Assembly: GCF_001194135.2 (NCBI RefSeq)
Contig: NC_068985.1
Coordinates: 127,050,683 to 127,114,682 of the forward strand
Length of the DNA stretch: 64,000 nt
Direction: 5' to 3'
DNA from: Octopus bimaculoides
Lineage: Eukaryota
Position 1 is the stretch's first letter, and every line of letters starts with the position of its first letter. Shown here in pieces: positions 1 through 13,027 of the stretch. Position numbers and translations under genes: made by a program. The notes under the pieces are model-generated. The model was not told the origin of the DNA. It did no database searches and saw only the letters and a list, made by a program, of their open reading frames with translations.

Positions 1-860
1 ACTTCCCTGCTACAAACCCTCTTATAGATTGCTTAAGTGGGACACACATCAGTCCCCTGACAGACTAAGCATGTGATGCAAAACGGTTCTGATAGGTGGC
101 TGTATTCTTTGACCACTGAGTAGACACTGCTGTGCATTGTAGTGAGCCAATCTCTGAAAGCAGGTATTCTGGCCAATTTCAGGATGCCTTCCAAGTAATG
201 TTGGTCAAGCCTAACCCTAACCCTAACCCTAACCCTAAAGGCTGATCCAAACTCACCAGAGTCCTGCTAATACTAGCCTTGGTCATAGCCCTCTCTATAA
301 TGTATTTCATAAGGTAGAGGTTGTCTGGATAGACCTGTTTTGGGTTTGCACACATTTGTGCTTCCTCTGTGCAACCAATGATGACAAGTGCCAATCTTTT
401 CATAAATACCTTGACCAAAATCTTCAACTCTGTATTCAGCAGAGTTATGAGCCAAAAATTGTTGAGCACATCCCCTTTGTTTGCATCCTTTTTCAGTATT
501 GTTACTACTGCCCTAGCATTAGGAATTCTCTCATTCTGCTGCTAGTTACAGTAGATGTCTGCCAAAAAGTCGCCAAACAAACCATGCATGAACTCAGAAT
601 TTACAAGGCAGACTAGCCAATCTGGGTGATTTGTGTCTTGTGCAAATGCTCATCCCCTACTATATTTTGACAGCCATTATTGGCTCTCCATCAAATCTCA
701 CATCTGCTAAGAGCCACGGCAGAGTGTCCAGGTATGAACTAAAGTCTACTACCATCACTGACTCATCACCCTCTTGAAACAGTGATACAAAGTGCTGCTG
801 TAAAATCACATGCATCTACTCGGAACCATGTAGCATATGCCCATCCTGGTCTGTCAAAAA
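1..860 (-). mobile_element. Degenerate Tx1/L1-like LINE reverse transcriptase fragment
   Basis: Minus-strand ITLLNTELKILVKVFMKRLAL...DNLYLMKYIIER...LDQ resembles L1/Tx1 RT (RPITLLNTxxKIL; LDQxKAFDRV). Stops and frameshifts present. Confidence 0.8.
210..238 (-). repeat. Interstitial (TTAGGG)n, about 5 units
   Basis: CCTAACCCTAACCCTAACCCTAACCCTAA read directly. Confidence 0.95.
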
Positions 861-963
861 CCTGATTAAGTTTTGTTTCCATGTTTTGTCTCCTCCATAA
901 AGATGGATGAAATATCACGAAGCATTTTGCCTGACATGCTAATGATTCTGCCAATTTGCCACC

Positions 964-964
<1 letters not shown>

Positions 965-1003
<39 letters not shown>
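965..1003. repeat. (AAT)n microsatellite
   Basis: Direct reading. It produces the poly-Asn and poly-Leu ORFs in the track. Confidence 0.95.
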
Positions 1004-1011
<8 letters not shown>

Positions 1012-3693
1012 TCCTTTCTACTAAAGGCACATGCCCTGAACTTGTGGTGGTGGTGGTGGTGGGGAGACTAGTCAATTACATCAACCCCAGTGTTCAACTG
1101 GTACTTATTCTCTCAATTCTGAAATGATGAAAGGCAAAGTCAACCTCAGTGGGATTTGAACTCAGAACATAAAGACAGATGAACTGCTGCTAAGCATTTT
1201 ACTGCTATGCTTTTAATTCTGTCAGCTCACCACCTTAATAATGATAATAATTCTTTCTACTATAGGCACAAGGCCAGTCATTTTTTTTTGGGGGGGGGGG
1301 CTTGTCAATTATATCAATCCTAGTACTTTTCTGGTACTTACATCATTGACCCTGAAAGGGTGAAAGGCAAAATTGACCTTGGTGGTATTTGAACTCAGGA
1401 AGTAAAGATGAACGAAATGCTGCTAAACATTTTGTCCAGCGTGCTAATGATTCTGCCAGCTTGCTGCCTTGACTTTAGCAACAACAACAACAACAACAGC
1501 AAGAACTGCTACTACTACCACTTTTGATACAGTAAAAACAAACAAAATACTGCACATACTCAAGGCACACGGAGTTGAGTAGTGCAGTGGAAGTAGGCAA
1601 TAAGAAGAAGAAGAAGAAGAAGAAGAAGGAGGAGGAGNNNNNNNNNNNNNNNNNNNNNNNNNNNNNNNNNNNNNNNNNNNNNNNNNNNNNNNNNNNNNNN
1701 NNNNNNNNNNNNNNNNNNNNNNNNNNNNNNNNNNNNNNNNNNNNNNNNNNNNNNNNNNNNNNNNNNNNNNNNNNNNNNNNNNNNNNNNNNNNNNNNNNNN
1801 NNNNNNNNNNNNNNNNNNNNNNNNNNNNNNNNNNNNNNNNNNNNNNNNNNNNNNNNNNNNNNNNNNNNNNNNNNNNNNNNNNNNNNNNNNNNNNNNNNNN
1901 NNNNNNNNNNNNNNNNNNNNNNNNNNNNNNNNNNNNNNNNNNNNNNNNNNNNNNNNNNNNNNNNNNNNNNNNNNNNNNNNNNNNNNNNNNNNNNNNNNNN
2001 NNNNNNNNNNNNNNNNNNNNNNNNNNNNNNNNNNNNNNNNNNNNNNNNNNNNNNNNNNNNNNNNNNNNNNNNNNNNNNNNNNNNNNNNNNNNNNNNNNNN
2101 NNNNNNNNNNNNNNNNNNNNNNNNNNNNNNNNNNNNNNNNNNNNNNNNNNNNNNNNNNNNNNNNNNNNNNNNNNNNNNNNNNNNNNNNNNNNNNNNNNNN
2201 NNNNNNNNNNNNNNNNNNNNNNNNNNNNNNNNNNNNNNNNNNNNNNNNNNNNNNNNNNNNNNNNNNNNNNNNNNTTTTTTTTCTAATAGCCTAAAGCAGC
2301 AGCTGTCAAACTGACTATTACTAACCTCCACCAAAAGATATTAGTGAAGTTTTTTTTTACCCTCTCACTCTTTATTAGCCCTTTAGTACTTAAACAGGAA
2401 ATGTCGAATATTCTGTTTTGTGTTCACACCAGTTAGATCTGGCCCCTCACACCTACCCTACAATATCATTCTAAAAGTTTACAGTCACATCACTAGCAAT
2501 CTCAAAGCTACAAGAGAATGCATGATTAATTCAAAACAATCTTTCATCTTTTATTGTCCACTTGTTTCAGCCATTAGACTCTGGCCATGTTGGGGCACTA
2601 CCTGGAAGAATTTTTAGTCGAATGAATCAATCCCAGTATTATTTTTTTAAACCCTGGTACTTATTCTATCAGTCTCTTTTGTTGAACCATTTAGTTATGA
2701 GGATGTTAACACCATCACTAGTTGTCAAGCAGTGGGGGTGGGGAACAAACACACACACACACAAACACACATATTTATACATATATATATGATGGACTTT
2801 TTTCAATTTCTGTTTATCAAGTCCACTCACAAGGCTTTGGTTGGCTTGAGGCTATATAGAAGACACTTACCCAAGGTGCTACGCAGTGGGACAGAACTTA
2901 GAACCATGTGGTTAGGAAGCAAGCTTCTTACCACACAGCCACTCCTGCACCACAATGTAAATAAATATGTAAATAAATGTAAATAAATGTAAATAAATAT
3001 GTAAATAAATATGTGTTACATTTGACAAAATGATTTGAATGCTAAAGGGTTACAGAGAAGACCTTGTAAGACGAGTAGATCAATGCCTGTGACCCTTTAT
3101 AGAGCATCTATGACTTGTAGGCAGGGATGGAGAAAAGTATCTCCTCAAACAACAGACTGACCCAAATTGTTACAACTGTATGAGCTTCATTAAAGGCACA
3201 CAAGACCAGTATTGAGCTGTTACACCAGTTGATGGATTAAATCTACTACTTATGTAGGCTATGGCAGGATTTGAACCCCAAAAGGAAAGAGTCATAACAA
3301 ATGCTGCAAAGCATTCTGAGCATTACAATTCCACCAGTCTACATAGCCCTACATTTGGTCCTTTAGGAACTCCAGAAAGATAAAAGGCAAACTTAACCTC
3401 TAACTCTTCACCTTGGTGCTTGACAAGTTTAAAAAGTTGGAAGCCATTTTGATTTTAAGGAATACAGCAATTGACATAGCTACCCTTCAACTATGAGAAA
3501 CACTGACTTGATGGAGACTGTTACACTATAATCACTCATCTATCAAGAAAAGCAGATTTAGTTTAGAGCTGAGTTTTCCCAATTTTTCACATTGGAGATG
3601 TACTTAAAGAAATAGGATTTTTCACATCCTAAGTTTTGTAAGTGAAACTAAATATTTCATATTTTATCTTCTATCGTTTACTTGTTTCAGTCA

Positions 3694-4750
3694 TGTTGTA
3701 ATCCTTAACATTGGACTGTTATAATGCCCACTGTGATATAGCAGTAGAGTTAGTAAGACAAGTAAAACCACAACTATCTATGATTGTTTATTTAATACTC
3801 TCTCTTGACGCTGACCAACATCACCTTATCTATAGCAACTAGCACATACCACTTGTCACGTAGGAGGGGTGTACCATTATTACTATTATCCCCACAACAT
3901 ATCCCCTTTTAAGTTTTCTTTTTTGCTAGGGAGTGTAATTTTATTTCTTTTAATAGCAATATTTTTTATATCACCCCCACCTCCCTTTTTTTGAGTTTTT
4001 TTTCCTTAGTTACACATTTAATATTTTTTCTGTTTGGCATCCACTTCCAGGAACTCTATACATTTTCTTTTTCGTATGCTTGTGCACCTGGGTTCAATCA
4101 CCTGTGATGGTGTTGGTACTTGAAAAATATCATATACCCATTTCATTGGTTCTTCCATTCTCTTGAGTTTGCTCTCAACAAATCCTTTTTTCAGTTGGTT
4201 CATGTGTCTCTTGTATACGCCTTTTCTACTTTTTACCAAGTATAGCATTTTTCCTATGCATTTGGTAATCATGCTATCTTCCCAACTGTTTTCTGTTCTT
4301 ATATGACCTCACAAATACCTTTTCACCAATTTTGCAAAATCTTGCTGGATTTTTCCCTTGCAATTTTTCTCTTTTTGCTTAGTAGCAATTTGTTGAAGAC
4401 TGATTTTACTTTCCTCACAAATATCAGCTCTGCTGGTGACATACCTGCTAATATATTTGGATTTGGTGCCACACAGTATACTCTTAAGAATTGTTGTAGA
4501 GTTACCTCATCCATGCCTTCCTTATTCGACTTTCTTAAGGCTCTCTTGAATGCATCATCAAAGTGTTCTGCCTGTCCATTAAATCTGGGACATAAAATCT
4601 ATAGCAAACATTTTACAGAACTTTTTAAATTCAAAAGACACAAATGGCATTCCATTGTCAGACACTATCATGTCTGGGATGCCAAATCTCACAAATAGCT
4701 CACATAAAAAAATTTGTCTTGCATTGCACAAATGTTATAAATTGATGTAA
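3694..4750 (-). mobile_element. Gypsy-like LTR retrotransposon 3' end (integrase remnant, PPT, about 206-bp LTR)
   Basis: Integrase remnants IVSDNG..F.S.EFKKFC and LQQFLRVYCVAPNPN...SPAELIF. Purine tract aaaaggggata abuts an LTR-like segment 3899-3694 with TGTTG...CAACA termini. Confidence 0.75.
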
Positions 4751-5384
4751 AAGTATTTTTTCCTTCTGCATTTTGCTATTTAAATGTTAAAATATGCCAA
4801 AGAAGCATGCCATTTTCAGTACCAAAACCCATTTTGATTTAAATTACAAAATTCAGTTAGTTGATTCCCTTTGAAAAGTTTAAATATTGTTCCTCTAAAT
4901 TCAAAGCACTTGACCTTTTGAGAGCCTATGAATTACAGTGCAAAATAAAATTGTGAAACTTTGCTCCCCTCTTTTCACAAATAATTTTGATTCAAGAATT
5001 ATACTTTCAGTATAAGTAGCTATTTGAACAACTTTTTTTCCATAAACTACTTTCAATTGTTTTTACAGTTACTGCTTTCTGATGTAAAATGCAATGGGTG
5101 GTTGGTTAGAAATCTTTACCAAAGGTGAAAAGTCTTTTAGTGAACCAGTCACTGAGGTGCACTAGCTGTACATAGCCCTACACAGTTTATCCTTCGCAAG
5201 TTGTTCTCCTTCATGAAACTATTCTTTTATTTGTTTCAGTCATTTGACTGTGGCCATGCTGGGGCAACACCTTTAGTCAAACAAATCAATCCCAGGACTT
5301 ATTCTTCGTGAGCCGGGGACATAAACACACCAACATCAATGTCAGGCAATGGTGGCGGGGACAAACACAGACACACAAACATAT

Positions 5385-5415
<31 letters not shown>

Positions 5416-6244
5416 TATATATATATATATGACAGGCTTCTTTCAATTTCCATCTACCAAATCCACTCACAAGGCTTTGGTTGGCCCAAGGCTATAGTAG
5501 AAGACACTTGCCTAAGGTGCCATGCAGTGGGACTGAACCCAGGACCATGTGGTTGGAAAGCAAGCTACTTACCACACACCTACTCCTGCGCCTATCAGAA
5601 GATTTTAATGGATATTCACCTCTAGTTTCCAGAAGAACTTTTCGACAGAGCAGGAATAGTTCTATAATTCTTTTATGATTAAAATTTCAGAAAACCAATA
5701 ATAGTGCCAACCCATTTACACCTGCTGACATTTGTGAAACTATCTTTAATATTTCCCATGGTTTAGCACACCGGGAAAAAATGCTTAGTAGCATTTCATC
5801 CATCTTTATGTTCTGAGTTCAAATTCCATGAAGATTGCCTTTGCCTCTCATCCTTCTGGGGTCAATAAAATAAGTACTTGCTGAGCACTAGGGTCGATGT
5901 AACTGACTTGCCTCTTCCCTCAAAACTGCTGACCTGATGCCAAAAGTTGAAACCAATATTTCTCATGGCTAGACAGGTTTTCCACATGAGACTAAAAATG
6001 AACACCATCACTTGTATGATGATGATGATGATGCTTTTTTAGAACCATGATGTGATGCCAAAACAATGGTACACACAGACACACATGCGCATGTGTACAC
6101 ACACATACACGATAGGCTTCTTCAGTTTCAGCCTGCCATATTCACTTACAAGGCTTTGTTTGACCCAGGTGCCCCGTAGTGGGACTGAACCTGAGGCTAC
6201 ATGGTTGCAAAGCAATCTTCTCAACCACATAACCCATACCTGAA

Positions 6245-6560
6245 CAGCAACATTTTGTGGCAGTTTCTGTAATAGTATGCTGTTCCTTGTTTTTGGATAT
6301 TATTTTGGCAACAAAGTAACTTGTTTCTTGAGATATAGCTGATGTTTTCAATTTCTTGCTGAATGTTGCAGACTGCTTTTTAACAGATTTCAAAAGATGT
6401 TTGAAGTATTCTAAAAGTTTTCTTGACAAACAATAATGTTTGAAAGTAAAATGATCCTTTAGTTTCTGACTCCTTTCTCTTTATCAAGTGTCAACTGGAG
6501 ATCATCATGATTTTTAACTCTTTTGATACCAACCTGTCCAAGACCATCTTTGATTCCAAC
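6245..6560 (-). mobile_element. hAT (Buster/ZBED5-like) transposase remnant
   Basis: ETSYFVAKIISKNKEQHTITET resembles the Buster motif ASY.VA..IAK....HT..E.LI. Confidence 0.6.
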
Positions 6561-8330
6561 TGCAAGATTTCTATTGATATAAATTAAAACCTTCCATCAA
6601 ATTTGCAACTTAACAACTATGTTTTAAACACCAGTTTAATGATCATGAAGTTAGTTTACTAAATTCTTAATTATTGAATATTAATTATTGAATATTAATT
6701 ATTGAATATTGAATATTGAATACTGAATATTTTCAAAATTAATTGAATTAATATGTGTCAACAAAAATATGGTACCAAAAGGGTTAATACTTTCTCACAA
6801 TATTATTCCCTTAGGTAGTACCAAGAAGCAATGATGTTACCAGAAAATGTCTAAATTATTTTTGGCCCACATTGTAGCATGTTTTTTTTTCCCCTCTCAG
6901 CTTGTTACCAAAGCAGAATCAACTGCAACCACTCCACCCATGGTATGTCTATTTTGTTTTACTATTCACTCAGGATTTGGTCTTTGCTCTTACATACCTC
7001 TGCCATATACACAATGACACATTTTCTGCTTTCCTCAGCAGGAGTTGGATGAATCTAGGAATATTTATTTTTAAATTTTTATTCTATTTAAGAATTTTGT
7101 AAAAGCTGATATTTTTTCTTACGCCCTATGGCAGTAGCTCAAAACATATTAGTGAAATTTTTTTGGCAACCTCACTATTTATTAATAAAGAGCAAAAAAT
7201 TGAGTTTATATCTCTATAATTCTTACTTTTGTTTGTTTTGCAAATACATCACCACAGACCAAATACTGACAGTGCATTAAAAAAACATAAAAAAAGAGTT
7301 ATCACATAGATGTAAACTCTATTTTGTTTCCTCATTAATAAATAGTGAAGGTGCCAAGAAAATTTCACTAATGTCCTTTTTTGGTGGTGAGCTTTGTATT
7401 TGTCAGTTTTGAGAGCTATTACGTTAGAAAAATACCAGCTTTTACAAAATTCATACATACACATACATATACACGTGTGTGTGTCTGTTTTCACTGTCAA
7501 TGTCTATCTGCAAAACTTCTGTGAGAAAAAAAAAACAAAGGAAAAAATACTTTCAAATGAAAAATGGTATTTGTTCTGCCCAAGTAGCACATAATAAAAT
7601 CCTTTATCATTCTCTCCATCAGAAATGCAGTAAATGAGTGACTTGTCCATTGAAAACCTATAATCAAAGGACACTACCGTTCCTTAAATGCAATTTAAAA
7701 AGTCAATAAAAATTCAAATATATCAATCCCATACAAAAAAAAAAAAACGAGTTTGGTGATAGTTGTGAAGTTAGAAAGTTCCCTTTGTAAATATGCTGAT
7801 TCAGGTTCAAACCCTTTGGGAGTGAATTTTGGTAAATGTGAAACAGTCCCATCAGAGGAAATGTTCTCACTCATGAGCAGTAGATGTAACATGTCACCTT
7901 GTACCAGGCCTAAAGAAAAAGTATTGGGGTTGTTGATGATGATGATAATGATACACACACACACGTGCGCGCGCGTGCACACACACACACACACACGCAT
8001 ATATGAACAAGGAGGACATGTTCTTGTCTGTCTCCTGTACAAGCATGATTTACACGTTTGCTACCACAACCTTGTTTAGGCTTAGCAGCCCTTCCTGTTT
8101 GTTTTCACTGTCCTGTTTGTGTTACCAATTTTGACCCTCCACAAAATCCCAAATTTTATTTAATTTGCTTTGCAGGAGCAACTGTTTTATCAAAAGCGTA
8201 TATTGTTGTTAAATGCTTGAAATATGAGAGTAGAAAAACAGCCAACAACTGATGAAGGGTCATTCTTTATGTTGTTTGTCTTGTTTTCTATTTTTGTCTA
8301 TCGTTATCTATACTATAAATTGCAGTGTTC

Positions 8331-8366
<36 letters not shown>

Positions 8367-11010
8367 GTGTCGGCAGATTCACTCGAGAACGGTGCAGTGG
8401 AATCGCGTGAAATTCAGCACAGAGCAGCAGCATGGTCCGCTCATGTTCAGGAGATTTTTATTGCCCTCCAACTCCCATGGTTACCGAGATAATCGATTAT
8501 TACTTTTTAAGATAGGAATATCCCATTCAAAGTGGGGAGGGGCGATTTTGTTGCCTTTCCCATGTGCNNNNNNNNNNNNNNNNNNNNNNNNNNNNNNNNN
8601 NNNNNNNNNNNNNNNNNNNNNNNNNNNNNNNNNNNNNNNNNNNNNNNNNNNNNNNNNNNNNNNNNNNNNNNNNNNNNNNNNNNNNNNNNNNNNNNNNNNN
8701 NNNNNNNNNNNNNNNNNNNNNNNNNNNNNNNNNNNNNNNNNNNNNNNNNNNNNNNNNNNNNNNNNNNNNNNNNNNNNNNNNNNNNNNNNNNNNNNNNNNN
8801 NNNNNNNNNNNNNNNNNNNNNNNNNNNNNNNNNNNNNNNNNNNNNNNNNNNNNNNNNNNNNNNNNNNNNNNNNNNNNNNNNNNNNNNNNNNNNNNNNNNN
8901 NNNNNNNNNNNNNNNNNNNNNNNNNNNNNNNNNNNNNNNNNNNNNNNNNNNNNNNNNNNNNNNNNNNNNNNNNNNNNNNNNNNNNNNNNNNNNNNNNNNN
9001 NNNNNNNNNNNNNNNNNNNNNNNNNNNNNNNNNNNNNNNNNNNNNNNNNNNNNNNNNNNNNNNNNNNNNNNNNNNNNNNNNNNNNNNNNNNNNNNNNNNN
9101 NNNNNAACAATTTTAACAGTGAGAACATTGGACAAAATATGTTATTGACATTAATAGTTTGTACCTCAGCTAATTACTGTTGAGAACTGCATAATCCATG
9201 TGTCATGTTAGAGATCTAAAAGGCATTTTCGAATTTCATCATTTTCTTTAATCCAGGCAACGCTGGATATTTCTGCTATTGGAGCCTGGTGTTGCCATCC
9301 GGTTTCACCAGTCCTCAGTCAAATCGTCCAACCCATGCTAGCATGGAAAGCGGACGTTAAACGACGATGATGATGATGATATACGATGGGCTTCTTTCAG
9401 TTTCTGTCTACCAAATCCACTCACAAAGCTTTGGTCGACCTGAGGCAACAGTAGAAGACTTGCCCAAGGTGCCATGCAGTGGAACTAAACCCAGAACTAT
9501 GTGGTTGGGAAACAAGCTTCTTACTACACAAAATTAATTTGTGTAAAAATCAATAAAAAGAGCACTCCAGCTAATGAGCATCTAATATTACTATAAATGC
9601 TTCACACTACATGCATTAAATGCTCTACTAATAGTTTCATGTACATAAGTATGTTCAATTAGTGTTTGATAAACGAACTTATGTATGTGAAACTATTAGA
9701 AGTGCATAAAATGCTAAATGCATGTAGTGTGAAGCATTTATAGTCATTTATACTAGATTACCCGTTGGGTCACCGGGAAAGTCTGAGTTCCCAGCAACAG
9801 AGTTTTGTTTTGTGGGTTTTTTTTCTTTTCCAGGTTATTTTGCATGCTTTCAACAAATGTGACATCAAAATCACATGTAAATGGCTCCTTTCCCCCAGAA
9901 AAGGAAAGATTTGGCTGCTATTTCTTGCACGCCCTGCTACCATGTAACAGGTATTTCCAGTACTTTATCACAAACATCTGTTACATGGTAGCAGGGCGTG
10001 CTAGAAATAGCAGCCAAATCTTTGGAGCTGAGATACGTTGAATGCACTCAAAATTTTATAAAATTGTTTGTAATGANNNNNNNNNNTACGTTGAATGCAC
10101 TCAAAATTTTATAAAATTGTTTGTAATGATATTCCCTTGGGGTGATCTTTCGTTTTGACTCTCAGGGCTGTTGTTTTGACTCTCAGAACTGTCATCAGGA
10201 TCAGCTGGTTTTGTTTGTTAATTTCAGTAAAAATTTTTATTTATTTACTTTTGTTTTAAAGTGAAAGAGAGGAGAAAGTGAAAGATGTATGAACATGTAT
10301 ATGAAATGGATGTGCGTGTGTGTGTGTGAGAGAGAGAGAATGCAACTTACATATACATGAGAACACACATGTTCACACACTCTCTCTCTCTCTCTCATAC
10401 ACACACACACATGTACATAAAAAAAGATGTATGCATATGTATTGATGTATGTACATATACATGACAACACACCCCTTCACTCACTTACTCTCTCTCCCTT
10501 TCACACACACACATCCATTTCACATACACATACATACAGAGTGTAAAGACTATGCGTGTGTATATGTCACAGATAACAGACGTGTGTTTGTGTTGATTGA
10601 CAAACTATGACATTCATTTTATGTGTGTGTATGTATGTTGAAGTCATGGAAATGATGGGGGGTTTTTTGTCCAGAGATAGCAAACAAAAATTGTGCTTAA
10701 ACGGTTTCTTTAATAAATAAAGTCTAAAATATCACAAAAATTTGTACAGCACTGCCGAAGGTAAGTATGAAAATAAATATGCAAAAAAATTCAGATAAAA
10801 TATACTATTTCTGAGATATATTGGGTATACACAAAAAATCTATAGAGTTTTAGTATTATCAAGATATATATATATATCTATATATATATATATATAGATA
10901 TACTGATATGTATGCACACACAAGCACAAATGCACATATGATGTATGCCTCTATGTGCCTCAGTGTGTGTGTATTTGTATGAGTGTTCTGTGTGTGTGTG
11001 CACGTGTTTG

Positions 11011-11056
<46 letters not shown>

Positions 11057-12386
11057 TGTATATAAAGAGAAAAAGAGGGAGAGATTTGTGTGTATCATGT
11101 TAAAGAAGAGTCTTTTTTTTATATACATAAAAAACAAGCATTGACTGAATAAATGACTCATTACAAGTGTAATGTCTAATATTTCTAATAATTATATTGT
11201 TTGTAACTTCAAAGTTTTGCTAAGTGTGTGATGTATTCAAAGTGGTATTTTGAGTTGGTCACATATACAATGATATATAATTACACACTTATATATATGA
11301 TGTACATGTATGTGTATGTATGCGTATATATGTATGTGTGCGCACACACACAAACACGTACATATTCTTTTATTCTTTTACTTGTTTGTCATTTGACTGT
11401 GGCCATGCTGGAGTACCACCTTTAGTTGAACAAATCGACCCCAGGACTTATTCTTTGTAAGCCTAGTACTTATTCTGCCAGTCTCTTTTGACAAACTCCT
11501 AATTTAGGGGGACATAAATACACCAACATTGGTTGTCAAGCAATTGAGGGGGGACAAGCACAGACACGTCTACCAAATCCACTCACAAGGCTTTGGTTGG
11601 CCCGAGGCTATAGCAGAAGACACTTGCCCAAGGTGCCATGCAGTGGGAATGAACCCAGAACCATGTTTAGTATGACTGTATATAACCCAGAAAATGCATG
11701 CATGTGTGGTTAATTTGGTGTTAGTAAAAAGGACTGGAATGAGACATAGTGAAAAGTTATAACATTTTCCAGGAGGAAAAGAAGAATTACTTCACTTGGA
11801 TTAATGCTAGCAATGGTTGAAGCATGTCAGTTGTGTGTATGTGTACACATATGTCATTTCCTAGTACAAAAATAGGCATGACCACATTGCTACAATGTAT
11901 TTCTGCTCATGGGAACAGCATCCAAATATTTTGCTTTTTGAATTCTCAAACCACCTGGACTGTGAATGTTTTAGAATGATTCTCTGTAAGGTGGCAGAAA
12001 CGTTAGCACACTGGGCTTAACATCCTTCCATGGTTTTGGTTTCAGTCCCACTACTTGGCACCTTGAGCAAATGTCTTCCATATTCCCAGACTGTATAATG
12101 CCTTGTGTATGAATTTGGTTGACAGAAACTGCAGAAAGCTTGTCATATATGTTTGTTTTCTATACATTTTTTAATAAATATTTTGTGTGCGCGGATATTA
12201 TCTAACCATCTTGCTTGTAATCTACCTCCAATTCTTCTGCCAGTTGGCTTGGTTTGAAGAATTTGTCTTGTGATTCTTTCTTATGGCATTCTAACCATGT
12301 GTCCATAGCTGTGACCTCTCAATGCAGACAAATGCACTCTAATGACTAGCAATGATGTGTGTGTGTGAAATAAACAAAGTTCTCAC

Positions 12387-12538
12387 CTGAAACTCCTTTA
12401 TCATCATCTCGGCCACCTCTGTATGACCATTACGAATGGCATCCATCAACGGGGTCGTTCCACATGCATCTCTTACATCAACTGGATGACAGCAGTCAGA
12501 CAGCAACCATTGTGTGACTTCTTGACAACCATGAAGTG
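12387..12538 (-). CDS. ANKRD16: ANKRD16 coding exon 4 (absent from the ORF track)
   Basis: ttctctgttctag|CA acceptor, CAG|gtgaga donor, 152 nt, phases 1/0. Encodes (A)LHGCQEVTQWLLSDCCHPVDVRDACGTTPLMDAIRNGHTEVAEMMIKEFQ versus recalled human [51 protein letters not shown]. Confidence 0.92.
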
Positions 12539-13027
12539 CTAGAACAGAGAATAAATGTTGTTGGTGCTGGTAGTAGGTGCTGACAACACCTTAGCTAAAT
12601 ATATATATATATATATATATATANNNNNNNNNNNNNNNNNNNNNNNNNNNNNNNNNNNNNNNNNNNNNNNNNNNNNNNNNNNNNNNNTATAGTTAGCTAT
12701 ATACATATACATATTTACCAGAAGTAACAGAGTGACTCAAAGTCCAAGAGTTTCGTGTGTTGGCACTAATGCATGAAACTCTTGGGCTTTAAGTCACTCT
12801 GTTATTTCTGCTGAATATTAATAAAAATATACATATACTCATATTTTGAGTCCTATTTTTCTTGTTTGCAGCAACATACCTATATACACGGACAGAGGTC
12901 ACTGCCATTTACCATTACCAACACGCTCACTACTACTACTACAACCAACAAAAGATGCCCCCACGTGGACTATTGACACCAGTAAGGAACAATTTTGAAC
13001 TTTTCATTTAATTTCATTTAATTTCAT

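Noticed and set aside
8249-8290. CTGATGA motif (caactgatgaaggg) as a hammerhead
   Set aside because: No downstream GAAA box or stems in this copy.
10027-10128. Direct repeat of about 43 bp on either side of a 10-N gap
   Set aside because: Identical sequence flanking a gap is the signature of unmerged overlapping contig ends.
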